Shown here piece by piece: positions 36,311 through 49,646 of a DNA stretch of 64,000 bases. Both the position numbers and the translations under genes were made by a program. Within the stretch, counting starts at the first letter, position 1, and each line of letters begins with the position of its first letter. The DNA is from Psammoneis japonica (taxonomy: Eukaryota). The notes below the pieces were generated by a model. It saw only the letters and a program-made list of their open reading frames with translations, was not told the origin of the DNA and did not search any database. The stretch lies in the NCBI GenBank assembly GCA_008632985.1, contig QPGO01000056.1:214406-278405 (forward strand), in the 5' to 3' direction.

Positions 36311-39300
36311 CTGATCGGGGTGGTTTCAACTACGGGAGCGTTGGCGCATTTGGCACACATGTCATTTGCATTCATGTTGCTCATCATGTTGTCAACTGAA
36401 CCCCACCCAATGTTTCATTTGCAAGAGAAGGCAACGAAAAGGCGCGTTGCTGTGACTTCGAAACGTGTGATGAGGTCAACGACTGCCACCGCGATGACGA
36501 ACTTAACGACACCCGGCTTCATGGCGAGGAACGAATGTGACACTCATGCGGGTGCTTGTTGTGCTGGCGCTAACTGGAAACTTGTGGAATTGACGAACGA
36601 AGTCTGTGAAGTGCACCCGTTTCTAGATTCGCATGAGCCGGTTAAACAGATTCCTGTGGCGCGTTGTTGCACAGTGTGGACGGATCCGGAAACGACTCGC
36701 GAGCACTTGCTGGTTGGAGACCAAATGCTGTGGTTTGGAGCTGACATGCAGCATTCATTGTTGAACCCCAATCAGTTGCGAGCGTGTGATGTGCCCGTAC
36801 ACGACAACCCTTACGACACTCGAAATGGGTTTGGAATCGAAGCTGATGAAGCTTTCATGCCTTTCAATTCCACGGGGACAATTGCATCTTTCAAGTCTCG
36901 TGTTTCGACGGATTGGGAGGAGAAGAACTTGCCAGTGACACTGCTGACAGGAGACGCATGGAGTCCAATGGAAGTCGACATGGGTTCACCACAGCGTACA
37001 AGGGAGCAATCTGAGATGCGCACTGTCCGTTCGATGACATCTGGCATGAGACAGGAACAGATTTCAGAAATGAAGAGCGACAGGGCCAAGTCTCAAGCAG
37101 TCCAATGGGGCGAGGTTGAAGCTGAACTCACTCGATTGTCTCCAGTCTATCATCTTCAATCCTTTTGTGACAGGCTCATCAGTTCAGTCAACGTGGCTTG
37201 TGCGTGTGGGTCAGACGCAGACGAAAGAGCAAGAGCGGTTGAGGAATTGCGCAGTGAGGACCGTCACTCCAAGATCGACGCTGAAGAGCTAGCACGAAAG
37301 TGGAGTGTCGGCTTGGAAACGGCTAAGGACACTCTCAATGTAACTGCACAGCGTGGTGTGCGGACGGCGACCCAACCAATGTCAAGGAGAGTCAGGGTGG
37401 ATCACTTGGACCTGCATCGGAAAAGATTAAAAGGGACATGGTTTGTGGACACGTTAATGTCCAAGGTGAAGTCTTTGCTCGGCAACACTTGTGCCAATGT
37501 TTACACTCAGGGCAAGTTCGTAAAGGTTGTGCCAATGACCGCAAGGTCGGAGGCAGGTTTGTCTCTCGTTGACTTTACAGACGATGTGGGAGTGCCGGAG
37601 CATCTCATGTCGGATGGTGCTGGAGAGTTCACAGGACGAAGTGCCGAGTTTGTGAAACACGCACGTCGAATGAGGATCCAACTCAGGACAACGGAACAAG
37701 GTCGCAAGAATCAGAATCACGCAGCAGAAAGAGAGATCGGGTTCTTGGCTAAGCGTTGGCGCCTGCGGATGACGAGGAAGAAGGTGCCGAAACGATTGTG
37801 GGATTTTGGTCTAGTTTGTGAATCGGAACTTGCATCTTGTATGGCAAGAGGCCGCGACAAACGGACTGGGCATGAAGAGGTAACTGGTCAGACACCCGAA
37901 ACAGGCGAGTGTTTGGACTTCGGTTTCTGTGATCTGGTCTGGTGGTGGGATAGACACGACAAGCCGAATGTAACAGATGACCCGAGGAGGCTTGGACGAT
38001 GGCTTGGTGTATCTCACAAGGTCGGATCGGACATGTGTTGTTGGATTATCACGGAATCCGGGAAGACAGTTTCGAAGACTTCGGTCGAGCATGTAACGCA
38101 GGCCGACATGGTGCAGCCGGACATTCGTGTGAAAGTCGACAAGTTTAACGAACAACTGGAGGCACGGTTAGATGACACCAATTTCGTTTTACAAGGCGAC
38201 GAAGCGGCACCAGCATTTGCATTGGATGATTTGGCGATCGACGGCAACCCCGGCATGGAATGTGAAGGCGGTGTGACACCAACCGATGAGGAATGCGGGG
38301 ACATGTCATTGCCAGGAGAACGACCCGAGGACGACGACGAACAGGCAATTGATCAACATCTCGGAATGGAACTTGTGTTTGATGTTGGGACTAACACTGA
38401 ACGGCGAGGAGTCGCAGTCAAGCGGGCACGAGGTCAGGATGGGCGACCGATTGGAACCCGGCATCAGAATCCATTGTTTGACACCCGCGAACATGAGATT
38501 GAATACACAGACGGTGCCAGAGATAAGTGTGCTGCCAATGTGATCGCGGAGAATGTGTTTGCTCAAGTTGACAGCGAAGGCAACCAGCATTCCATTTTAC
38601 AGGAGACACAGGATCACGAAAAGACCGGCGAAGCCATGCCGATCCAGGAAGGAACAGTTCAGACAGCTGACGGGAACGAACATAAGAAGACAACTGCGAA
38701 AGGATGGAACCCATTGGTCGCATGGAAGGACGGCAGCTCGTCGTGGGTGAAACTCAAGGATCTGAAGGAGTCCAACCCGATTGAACTTGCTGAGCATGCT
38801 GTGGTGAACAGGTTGACCGAAGAACCGGCGTTTGCTTGGTGGGTCACGCATGTTTTACGCAAGCGGAATCGCATCATCTCGAAGGTTAAGAAGAAATGTT
38901 GGCGCACTGCCCACAAGTTCGGCACGCGTTTACCCAAGTCTACGGAAGATGCTTTGAAGATTGACCAGGAAACGGGGACGGACTGTTGGGCTCGCACAAT
39001 CAACAAGGAGATGAACAAGGTCAAGATAGCGTGGCGCGAACATGAAGCTGAAACCCCTCAAGTCGTCCGGGAAGGCAAGAGTGCAACTTTGCGTGGTTGT
39101 CAGGAGATCAGGTGCCATTTGGCATTCGACGTAAAGATGGATTTCACTGGGAAGGCCAGATTTGTTGCAGGAGGTCATGCTGCAGAAACACCATCATTGA
39201 TCACATGCTCAAGTGTTGTTTCGAGGGACAGCGTGCGGTTAGGATTCCTGCTGGCAGCATTGAATGGAGTGGACATTGCGGCTGTCGACCTGGAGAACGC

Positions 39301-40723
39301 GCATTTGAATGCCCCGTGTGCAGAGAAGATCTGGTTCGAAGGTGGCAGGGAATGTGGAGAGTGCCAAGGCAAGGTTCTAGTTGTGACTCGAGCGCTGCAC
39401 GGTTTGAAGAGCTCTGGACACTCTTGGAGGTCCGCATTGGCATCGGTTTTACGGAACATGGGTTTTGAATCAACGAAGGCGGATCCCGACGTTTGTGTTC
39501 GTGCGGCAACTTGCGACGATGGGCGCGAGCATCACGAAATGCTTTTGGTTCATGTTGACAACATTCTAATCATTTCTCATCAAGGAAAATCCATTGTCGA
39601 GAGCACAGGTGAACCATTCGCTGTCAAACCTGGGAGTGAAGGAGAGCCATCGTCATGCCTTGGAGCCGACGTCGAGAAGGTTCAGACCGAAGATGGGCGC
39701 ACCATTTGGGCAAGCTCACCGAAGTCGTGTGTCAAGTCGGCGATCAAGACGGTGGAAGGGCTGTTAGAAGAGGACGGTGACGGAGCAGTCTTGAAGAACA
39801 ATGTGAGGGACCCACTGCCTTCTAAGTGCAAGCCGGAATTAGACGCAACGGACGAGTTGGGACCCGATTTGGCAGACAGGCATTTGCAGTTGATTGGCAT
39901 TTGTCGTTGGGCGATCGAGTTGGGCCGTGTCGACATCTTGCATGAAGTTTCCATTCTCTCTCAGCATCAAGCCAACCCAAGGAAAGGGCACCTCGAAGCA
40001 TTGCACCACGTGTTCGCGTGTGTGAAGAAGCATTTGAATGTCGGTCGCATTGGTTTTGACCCGAAGATGCCTGTGATTGACGAATCTGTTTTCAACCCCA
40101 CTGTGGACTGGACGGAGTTTTGCGGGGACGTTGAGGAGGAGTTGCCGCCACGGATGCCCAAGCCCCGTGGCAACCCGGCAAACACACCTGCATTTGTTGA
40201 CGCCAACCATGCGGGAAACGTTGTCACTCGCAGATCGCATGGCGGGATTTTGACATTCGTGAACAATGCTCCGATCATTTGGTTTGGCAAGCGGCAGAAC
40301 ACAGTGGAGTCGGCGACGTTTGGTGGCGAATTGGTTGCGATGCGCATTTGCAAGGAGTTGATTGTTGCTTTGCGTTGCAAACTTCGTATGTTTGGAGCAC
40401 CGATTGAAGGCCCTGCCAATGCATTTTGCGACAACCGCGGCGTGGTGAAGAACGTCAGTGTTCCGGAATCTGTGTTGCACAAGAAGCATGATGCCATCAA
40501 CTGTCATTTGGTTCGTGAAGCGGTTGCGGCTGGCATTGTTCGCGTCGGGAAGGAGGACACGGACACGAATTTGGCAGATTTGTTTACGAAGGTGACGACG
40601 GGAGAGCGGCGTTGGAAACTTTGCTCTTGTGTCTTTTGGCAGAGCCCCGACACCAAGGCCAGACACCTGCGGCTCGGGCCCACGTGTTTTCGGCCTCCCA
40701 AGCCAGCATTGCTGGTGGTCTGA
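36311..40723 (+). pseudogene. copia pol, element 2 (open frame, RT active site HVDN, likely inactive)
   Basis: Protease DTHA, integrase SDGAGEF/NHAAEREI, RT KARFVAGGH/LHGLKSSG/HVDN (39551-62), RNase H FVDANHAG/NLADLFTK. Only 4 Tyr counted in 1467 aa. Confidence 0.92.
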
Positions 40724-40806
40724 ATTTGGGTTTTGTGTTTACCTCTCTATGAGAGGATGTTCTAGGTTTAGACGAATCGGCGTTGTCACTGCCGTTTCGC
40801 GGGGAC

Positions 40807-40988
40807 CGAGTAAATCTGGGTGGAGCGGTCAGTCCCTGGTCCGGGGCTGACGCGCACGAGCTGGTGGTTTGTTCTTTCCCACAATCTTATACGATCTAAT
40901 CGATATAGGGTTCTCTTTGGTTTGTCACTACTACTCTTAGGCTTAAGGTACTATCATTACCCCACGCGGCTACATCGGTATTTATTCG
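40807..40988 (+). repeat. 3' LTR of copia element 2
   Basis: Direct repeat of 34157-34338, preceded by the PPT and followed by TSD CAGT. Confidence 0.97.
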
Positions 40989-41341
40989 CAGTACGCTTCG
41001 ACACATAGATAGAGCAGCAGACAGCAGCCTCGTTTTTTTGTGACAGCTGACAGCCTAAAATCCTGGGAATACCTTGGTTTGCAATCATCACAACGTTGTG
41101 AGAGGTTCGTTGTTTCAGCACACAACAGCCCACCAGTTTTTTTTTCTTCGACAAATCGCTTGTGCATATAATATGAAGAGCCTACACGGTACCGGATAGG
41201 AGTTTTCTGAAGCTGGATGATACAACCGACTGCCCTGTTGTCGCCGTTGATAAGATACCAGCTTCACGGTCGTCGACGACTGAGTCTCACTTGGGAGCTT
41301 GTATTTCAAGTTTGTAGAAAGTCTAGAGTACCATAGCAACA

Positions 41342-42443
41342 ATGGAGGGGCGTACGTATCCTCGATTGTGGCACGAACCGGAGGATGAGCGGGTATCCGA
41401 GCAAACAACTACAAAACGAATCATCCTAGACGAATGCCTTTCCGACATGACGAACCGATTTACGTTGAATCAACCTCGACCTAAATCTTTGTTCTTCATC
41501 TTGAGAAATTCACTGGTTGTTGGGCAAGAGTTTATCTTAGCGTGTCTCTTATTAGAATGGCATCGGATTGAACTCAAGCTCGAAGACGAAACTCACATGT
41601 CAAAGACGGACATTTCAAAGGAAGAACGGAAACAGATGGTGTCACTGGTAATGGTATTGCTTGCATTACTGACTACCATATGTTTTGGCAATCTCGGACG
41701 CGGTTCCAAAAGGATTCAGAAGCAACGAAAAAGAGACAAACTGAGGATCCGAATGACGGATGCACTCTTACTAGCAGGTATCTTGAGGCTTCTATCGGCC
41801 GTTCTTCGCACGTTGACAGCATCTTATTCCTCAGATACAGTCCACGCCTTGGCTGTTGGTGGGATGGCTGTTCACTTATTCACGTGTGATTACTCATACG
41901 CTAATGGTCGAGTCAGCTATCCAGCGAAAAGGCCGTCGAGTCGCAGACCCGTCTTTCAGGGTGGAACTCTCTCGCTGAACGCAGCGCTGTTTTCCACCAT
42001 ATTACTTGCATCACGACTGTCTTCCAACTCAATGGTCTATATTTTTATTTCCTCTTCAATCACATTGTTTGCTTTCTACCCAGAAACACGGCATACAATT
42101 GCTGCCCAGCCGCATTCGTTCCTTGGTAAGTAGCTACTAATCCCGCAATGCGTGGGTGTGTATAACGGTGCATCTCACAGGTTGATGCCAATTCTCTCCA
42201 GCAGCCTCCTTTCTCATCACGGCATTTCTCTCACTTGCATCACTAGCGCTGCTTGCTAGTGTCGCAGAACAGGTGGCATTCGTTGCAACAATCGTTTTCA
42301 TCTGCATTGTTGCTCCAGTTTGGAAGTATTGGTTGCAGTCATCCAAAAGGATTATCGCCGGGCCTTGGGACATTGCCCACGTGTCAATCCAGAACCAAGA
42401 GTTGCAGGCCGAGATGCATGACTCTGACAAAAAGAAGCAATAG
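41342..42443 (+). CDS. PIGC: Phosphatidylinositol N-acetylglucosaminyltransferase subunit C (GPI2/PIG-C), 1 intron
   Basis: LSAVLRTLTASYSSDT, HLFTCDY, LSLNAALFSTILLASRL and C-terminal KRIIAGPWDIA. Intron at ~42126-42201. Confidence 0.88.
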
Positions 42444-42491
42444 CAAAAATTCCTCCGATTGTAATTCCTATCGTGTAGCAAAATCGAATCT

Positions 42492-43091
42492 TCAGCACAG
42501 ATCAAATCTAGCCAGTTCTTTCCACGATGGAACTCCTTCCAAAGAAGCGGGGTAAGTCGACCAGAGAGCAACTTGTGCAGCTTCAAAATCGGGGGGTGCC
42601 GCTACCTGTTTCAAAGGTGGTGCGTTTGCCTTTCCATAGAAAAACGAATAGTGCGGTTCGTATAACGGTGGCCTGAAACTGAATTCCTCTTTCAATTCAA
42701 GAGTTTCTCGTACTTTCTGTATCAATCGCATGAACGGATCGGATTTCTCCATGACGCAAATGCATGCTTGATTCCATACGAGAGAGTCGTCGTCCTCGTA
42801 CAAACTTAATACCTCCTTTCGAAAGCGACATGGTACAGGTCCAGTATCAGAGAGTGCTGACTTTAATTTACAGCGCCATTCATCGAGTTGTTCGGGAGAT
42901 TCACAGGGAACACCTCCAACCACAGTGACGTGCGGCTCAAACGGATGACTTTTTTCGTTGGACTTTGCGTACTTGACAATCTGCTGAGACAACGAGTGGC
43001 GGAGATGAGGTGGAGGTAACAGCCAGAGTGAAACCTTCATGTAGAGTTCAGTTTCTTCGTTAGAATCTGTAGCCGCCTTTGGGATCGTCAT
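42492..43091 (-). CDS. 2H phosphoesterase / cyclic phosphodiesterase (CPDase-like)
   Basis: SLWLLPP, FEPHVTVVGG and YEPHYSFFYG give two HxT/S motifs. Confidence 0.85.
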   Translation of the reverse strand: MTIPKAATDSNEETELYMKVSLWLLPPPHLRHSLSQQIVKYAKSNEKSHPFEPHVTVVGGVPCESPEQLDEWRCKLKSALSDTGPVPCRFRKEVLSLYEDDDSLVWNQACICVMEKSDPFMRLIQKVRETLELKEEFSFRPPLYEPHYSFFYGKANAPPLKQVAAPPDFEAAQVALWSTYPASLEGVPSWKELARFDLC

Positions 43092-43488
43092 GGAGGATTG
43101 TTTCGATTGTTTACAATGTGCGGCTTTGTTTCATGGTCTCTTGCTCGTCGCACTGATTCGTGGCTCGTGTTGGTGGTCGTGCCTGCCGCGTGGGTCGTGG
43201 TTCGCGCGATATTGCGCGAAACTCGAGGGCAAATTTTACTTCATATCTCTTTGTATGATGCATAAATTTTAAAATATATATATGTTTTTAATGAAACTGA
43301 ATGTCATAGACTACGGAAAACTTAATAGTGATATAAAACAACGTACTGATGATTTGCGTTGTTTTCTACATCCGAATCTGTCAGTAGGGCCCTACGCACG
43401 TCGGATGTTGGTATTGTGCCAGCAGGATTCGAGTTTAGCGGAAAAGTAGTGAGGCAACACACGCACATGAACATCACAAGCAACGCAA

Positions 43489-46124
43489 ATGGCGCTCCGA
43501 GCTTTTCGTTCCAACCCGTCCCTCGGCGGCTTTGGTGGGGAGAGTCAACATCACATCTCTATTGACAATCCTGATAATAATGACGCATCGGTGATTGAGA
43601 AAGACTGCGACGCCTTTGCGCAGATTGTGAAAGAGCTCGTCGACAATGCTGTTGACGCCACCGCCGCCGCTTGTCAAGACAATGGCGAACCCAAAAGAGT
43701 ACGCGTCGTTATTCGAGAGCTTCAAGATGACATTCGAGAAGATTCACACTCTGGATCCACCGAGCAAGTTCTGCGGGTTACCGTGATCGATAATGGGTGC
43801 GGAATCAAAAACATCGAGGAGTGTGTCGATGCGTTTCACTCGAGCAAAGTACAACACCCACCCGACGACTCTCATCCTGCGAAGAATGACAGCCAAAGAC
43901 AGACTGCTGGTCGATATGGTATCGGTCTCACTCTATGCCTTCTCCATGCGCAGCGGCTTGTTCCGAACTCGTATTCTTCAATCACCTCAGCGACATCTAC
44001 CGCGTCCCAGTACACGAGAGCAAGCTATGTTGTCGACGTAGAAAAAGACACCATTCAGTGCGACAAGATAGAACTCATACCAAAAAAGTCTCCGGAGGAG
44101 AGCGGTACTGCTGTCAGTGTCCTCGTGCCGGTAGGTCGAGCAAGCAACAAAAAATACAGTTTCTCCATGAAAATGATATCTTACAATCGCTTCTTTTTTC
44201 TTTCGTGAAACAATACACTACCAGGGAGGAAAGACGGCTCTGCACGCTTGGCCGCGACTGGCGGAATATTTTGCTCGGTTTCAACTCAGTCTGGGTCTCA
44301 ATTGCAGCTTGGAAGTGCTCGCACCTTCTTTGTCGGCTGTCCCTCTCTACATTCGCCCATCGACGGAGAGGACCGAGGATACGGTGCTACATGAACGACT
44401 CAGCGATGCTGACAAATCAGTCGATGAAACCCGTGATTGCTCTTCTCACAAGAGTCAAGAAGAACATGATTTCTGGACAGACCTTACAACATTGCACGAA
44501 GACGAAGGAACGAGCCAGAAGTATCGTCACGAATCATCCGCCAAGCAAGGCGGTGACGAAGATGGCGGCGGTATGGCATCGACACTGGAGGATTCGGAAG
44601 AAAGCAATCATCGTAGCAAGTCAGCTAAAAGTAAGGATGACGCCATTCTCGCACGTCGTCGAGAGCTTCGTTCAGCGGCCTCATCATACCTGTCGTCGGA
44701 GGTTTTGCTCAAAAATGTTGCCCATGCGATGCAACCTATTCGATCGAGCAGCGGATGCAAAGATACAACTGAAAGACCAATGCTTGAGATAGACATGATT
44801 GTCTTTCAGTCTGATGACAGGGGAGACATTGATTCTGTAAATGACGAAGATTCGGTGGCTTTGGATCCCGACAAGAACTCAGACATTGCGACTAGAAGCG
44901 CTAATCTCATGCTTGTTCGGATGGTGAATCGAGTGCCACTACTTGATGGCGCCGAAGCTTCGGCTTGCGGGCTTGTCCGAGGTTTGTGCTGGAAACAATC
45001 CATTTGGAATTCGTTTGGCTTGCATATTGCTCCTACGGATGAGAATAACGAGACCAGCAGACAAAGCGCTCCGACATCAAGGATGTCAGAGAACAACAAA
45101 GTGCCTTCGGCACCTCCTTTGTTGAAGCAACTATTCGTACCAACGTACGCTGTGAGAGATAGCGATCAGGTAGCTCCATTCTTTGAACGAAGTACGCATG
45201 CGCAACTTGAAGAAAGTGATATCGACGATGCCTGTAGTCTAGATGACGACGAGCAAAACACCGACGTGGAGGACGAAGGCCCTGGCCAGAAACGAAAACG
45301 AGGCAGAGCTCAAGTGCTACTACCCGTGAATGTACGCATAGGGAACATTCTGGTGATTGCGCAGATACATGCAAAACCCTCGTCACTGCCACTGCCAACA
45401 CTTTCAAAGGTAAGGAAAAAAGGGAGTCTTGGTCGTGTTTTGCAACGTCGTCACCATACAATGTCGCCTCAACAATTTTGATTGCGATTTGACTTGCGCC
45501 ACCAAGGGGCGACTTCCAATGAATGACAAATCCATTAGCGACGCCCTTGAACTCGGACTTCTTTCCTGCCTGAGAAGCCTGCAGACGACGAACCCGACAT
45601 TACTCCTTACGACACTGCAGCTAAAGGAGACGGAACGCGACGCCCGATACATACCAGCGGTCGCAGTAGCAATCGCATCGATCGCATGCAAATCGAAAAA
45701 CGACTCTCTTCGGAGCTCAATAGCGGAATCAGTTCAAAACTGGGGAAATCTCGACGCAAGGGAGGAAGACAACGAAACGACTTCCATCTCAGAGTATGAA
45801 TCATCCCGTGCACCAGCGATGCCAATTTCCAAGCTATTCCGCGTAGCCACGATGGGGCGGATTGTCGAAGAACAGCTTCGTCACATATGCCGAGTCGGCA
45901 AACGTAAGAAGAAGCAAGGTGGTGAAAACAAGAGGAAGAGTAGCGAGACTGAAGGAAATAGCAACAGCAAAGAGTATGCTGAACTCGATGACTTTATTGG
46001 TGCTGATGGGTCTTCTATCAGCGATTCGATCAGTGAAAGTAGCTGTGATGAGAGTAACTCGCAACCCCGTGGGAGAGTCTTGGAAGAGTGGGAAGACCCG
46101 TTTGACGACAACGACTCGTGGTAG
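43489..46124 (+). CDS. DNA topoisomerase VI subunit B-like GHKL ATPase, 2 introns
   Basis: GHKL motifs VKELVDNAVDA, VIDNGCGI, GRYGIGL, GTAV; transducer-like RMVNRVPLL...ACGL, PTLSK and RYIPAVAVAIASI. Introns at 44131-44224 and 45410-45506. Confidence 0.8.
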
Positions 46125-46279
46125 TCACAAGAGAAGCCTAAATCACGGCAGAGTAGCTTCGGTATCTTCGCAGTAGGGAAAGGACGCCAATCGTAGTTTA
46201 CAGACGTAAACAAGAGTCGGAAGAATGGCAGGGCATAACTTGAGAAGTAAATGCTAGTAGAACTGAGTCAACGAGTCAT

Positions 46280-46460
46280 TCATGACAAAATACCGCGCTC
46301 AATGCCCCAAGCGTTGCCCTTGGGGCACTTTTGCTTCACAACAGCCGCATCAATGGCCTCACGTTCCGCTGCTGTGAGTTCGATGGAGTGTGTCTGACAT
46401 TTCTCAACGATATGGTCCTTGTTGCGAACACCAATAGTGATGGAGGAACACATTTTTGGC
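46280..46460 (-). pseudogene. Possible C-terminal fragment of an aldo-keto reductase-like gene
   Basis: ITIGVRNKDHIVE...ELTAAEREAIDAAV...PKGNAWGIERG resembles AKR C-termini; no upstream part found. Confidence 0.35.
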
Positions 46461-46836
46461 CAGTCACAAGATGTCATTGCACAAGACGATACTCGAGCAC
46501 ACATTAGAAACAAGTGATGATAACAAGCGCTGCTTGCTTGTTATGTAGTGAGATGAAGACTCTGATTGTGGCAACTCAGGGCCCTAACTTCTTTTATAGT
46601 AACTACGTCAACGCACAAGTATGTATTCGCAAACATTGTCGCGGCACACCAAGTTGACACCACATTCATTGTCGCTGCAGCAAACATGCAATCTTCTAAT
46701 TTTAATCACTATCGTTCTAAACTTCAAGCTTCGATCTAGTTTCCCCCGTTTCGTTGGTCGTTTTGTAGGGAATTCAGGAGGAGTTGGCGAAGCAAAGTAT
46801 CAATGTATTATATGTAGATGCGCAAGAGCGAATAAC

Positions 46837-49646
46837 TTACGCAGCCGATGCAGTTACACTGGAGGCTGTTTCCGAAGCCATCGCCCGCTTGATCTCACTC
46901 TCAAGAGCTTTAAAGTCCTTGTTTAGATGTAGCTTCTTCTCAGCCTCTGCAACAATATGAATCGCGGTGAAAACTGAATCCGGCGTAAGCGAGATGGAGT
47001 CGATTCCTTGTTCCACAAGAAACGCGGCAAACTCAGGCTTGTCACTAGGAGCTTGTCCGCAAAGACCAACAGGTATGCCATTACGGTGCGAACCAGCAAT
47101 CGCTTCTTGAATGGCTGACTTTACCGCCGGGTTTTCCTCATCAAAGAGGCTCGCTAGTTCACCACTGTCGCGGTCTACGCCGAGAACGAGCTGGGTCAAG
47201 TCGTTGGATCCAATGGAAAAGCCATCAAAGAGAGCAGCAAAGTCATCAATGGCTAGGACGTTGGCAGGAATCTCACACATGCACCAAACTTTAAGACCGT
47301 TTTGTCCTTGTTTCAATCCCTTCTTGGCGAGAATGTCAATCACGTTCTTCGCTTCTGCCGTTGTACGACAAAAGGGAACCATAAGTTCCACATTATCCAG
47401 GCCCATTTCATTGCGAACATAAGATAGAGCCTCGCATTCAAGCTCAAAGGCATCTTTAAACTTGGGGTGGAGATATCGCGCAGCTCCACGAAGTCCCAGC
47501 ATTGGATTTTCCTCATCCGGTTCAAAGTATTCACCACCCACGAGACGACAGTACTCGTTTGATTTGAAGTCGCCGAGACGGACAATGACCGGGCGAGGAT
47601 AAAAGGCGGCAGCAATGCTTCCAATACCTTCAGAAAGCTTTCGAACGAAGAAGTGCCTGGGGCTGGGGTCGTTCTTGGCTTTTTCCTGAATTACCACAAG
47701 AGCCTCCTCGTTCACTCGATCGGGAAAGAGTACCGCATTCGGATGAATGCCAATGTGGTTCGCAACCACAAATTCTTGGCGCACTAGTCCAACTCCAGCG
47801 ACCGGTAGATGAGCATGTGCAAGAGCGGAATCGGGGTCTCCCAGGATGAGCTTTACCTTGGTCTTGGGCTTTGGAAGATCCTCAATGCTAAACTCGGTGT
47901 GCTGAATATCAGCAACTCCTTGATGGATGCGTCCCTTGCTGCCGTTGGAACAGTCTACCGTGTATAATTTGCCAGTTTCGAGTTTCTCTGTGGCATCTTT
48001 TGTGCCAACAATGCACGGCACGCCCAATTCTCGACTTACAATTGCAGCATGACAAGTGCGGCCGCCGCGATTTGTAACGACGGCTGATGCCATGCGAATG
48101 GCAGGTACCCAGTCTGGGTCGGTAATGTCAGCCACGAGTATTTCTCCCTTTCTCATTTGAGAAATATCGGCAAGATCATGAATCACTCGTACTTTTCCGC
48201 TGGCTGCACTAGAACCAATGGCTGTGCCATCGAGAACTGCTTGGCCTTGATGTCGAACCACTGTCTGGGTGAGCGCTTCCTGATGCTGACGAGACTTTAC
48301 AGTTTCTGGTCTGGCTTGCACAATATAAAGCTTCCCCGTGATTCCATCCTTTGCCCACTCAATGTCCATTGGTGTGGGGTGTCCATGAAGCTTACTGTAG
48401 TGATTTTCAATGTCCACGCACCACTTTGCAAGGGTCTTGGCATCTTCATCGGTAAAACAGGCTTTACCTTGGTCGGCTAGAGAGGTCTCTATGGTTTTCG
48501 TCCGTTCATGAGGAGAGTCGTAGGAATAAATAATGGACGTCTGCTTACGTCCAATACGGCGATTGATAATGGGGTCCTTTGCTTTTCCAATCATTGGCTT
48601 GAACAATTGGATTTCATCGGGATCCACCTTTCCGCCAACGACGGACTCTCCTAGGCCATACGAGCCGGTAATGACAACAACGTTGCGAAATCCCGTATCA
48701 GGATCGAGTGTAAAGGCAACACCCGAACTTGCGACATCACTCCGCACCATTAACTGAACGGCTACCGCACCCTTGATCTTCATGTGGTCAAATTGGTTGT
48801 GTACACGGTAGGTAATGGCGCGATCGGTGAATACCGAGGCCAGGCACTCCAGGACGGCATCCGCCACGGCTTTTCCTCCAACCACGTTCAAAAACGAGGC
48901 TTGCTGCCCAGCAAAGGATGCTGTCGGCAAGTCTTCGGCGGTTGCCGAGCTTCTTACGGCAACGGAAACTTCCGTGTCGTCGGAGCACATGCTTTTGTAT
49001 GCCGCTTCAATGTCTTGGATAATGTCTTTCTGCATGGGTGCCACAATTGCATCATACTGTCAGTGTAAGCTAAAAAGAGTCATGCAGTTGCAAGAAGAGT
49101 AGGATTTTGTTTTCTTACCGGTAGACCTTCCTCCATAATCATGCGACGCGCTTTGCTGCCACGAGCAGCAAGGTCGTCAATGTCAGAGACTAATGCAAAT
49201 AGGAATAAAAAGACTGAGTGAGGCCACTCTAATTTCTCTCGATAGAACATTCAAAAAGCACCAGAGAGCCCACATGTTCATCACATACCATCAAGATCAT
49301 TCAAGAGAAGATTTAGTCGTTCTCGCAGTTTGTTTTGATCGAGAACCGCATCGTAAGCGCTGGATGTCACGGCAAATCCCCCAGGAACTTGCACCCCAAG
49401 TGGCATCAATTCTTGAAGGAGCTCACCAAGAGAAGACGTCTTTCCACCGACCCTCGGCAAATCACAGAGACGGAGTTGATCAAGTGGAATACAAAACTCG
49501 TCGTTTAAGGCATTCTCGTTTTTATTGTTCACGAGAAAAGCGCTTGTCCGCGCGAGTGTCGACATGGTCCGTGTGCGTCTCACGGCAATGGGACTAAAGG
49601 CGGACGCACAAGAGGCAAGAGTTACGAGTAGAATTGCAGTCTTCAT
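46837..49646 (-). CDS. ppsA: Phosphoenolpyruvate synthase (pyruvate, water dikinase), plastid-targeted, 2 introns
   Basis: VGGKTSSLGE, VAVRSSATAEDLPTASFAGQQ, DIEWAKDG, QARPETV, GGRTCHAAIVSRELG, FSIGSNDLTQL, CGQAPSD. N-terminal signal peptide followed by ASA-FSP. Confidence 0.95.

Larger units (their letters stand above)
34157..40988 (+). mobile_element. Full-length Ty1/copia LTR retrotransposon (CoDi-like), element 2, recent insertion
   Basis: 182-bp LTRs differing at 2 sites, perfect 4-bp TSD CAGT (34153-56 and 40989-92), PBS-like CTTTATCAGAGCCATTG, PPT GCGGGGAC, gag plus 1467-aa pol in copia domain order. Confidence 0.97.

Noticed and set aside
36320..40723. Active autonomous retrotransposon (long intact pol)
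   Set aside because: The RT catalytic motif is HVDN and many conserved Tyr are replaced; the frame stays open because this mutation class rarely creates stops.
34157..40988. ADAR-like RNA hyper-editing or sequencing error as the cause
   Set aside because: Both A->G and T->C occur in the same ORF, a DNA transposon is affected, and adjacent genes and LTRs are clean. Read-level confirmation is still advisable.
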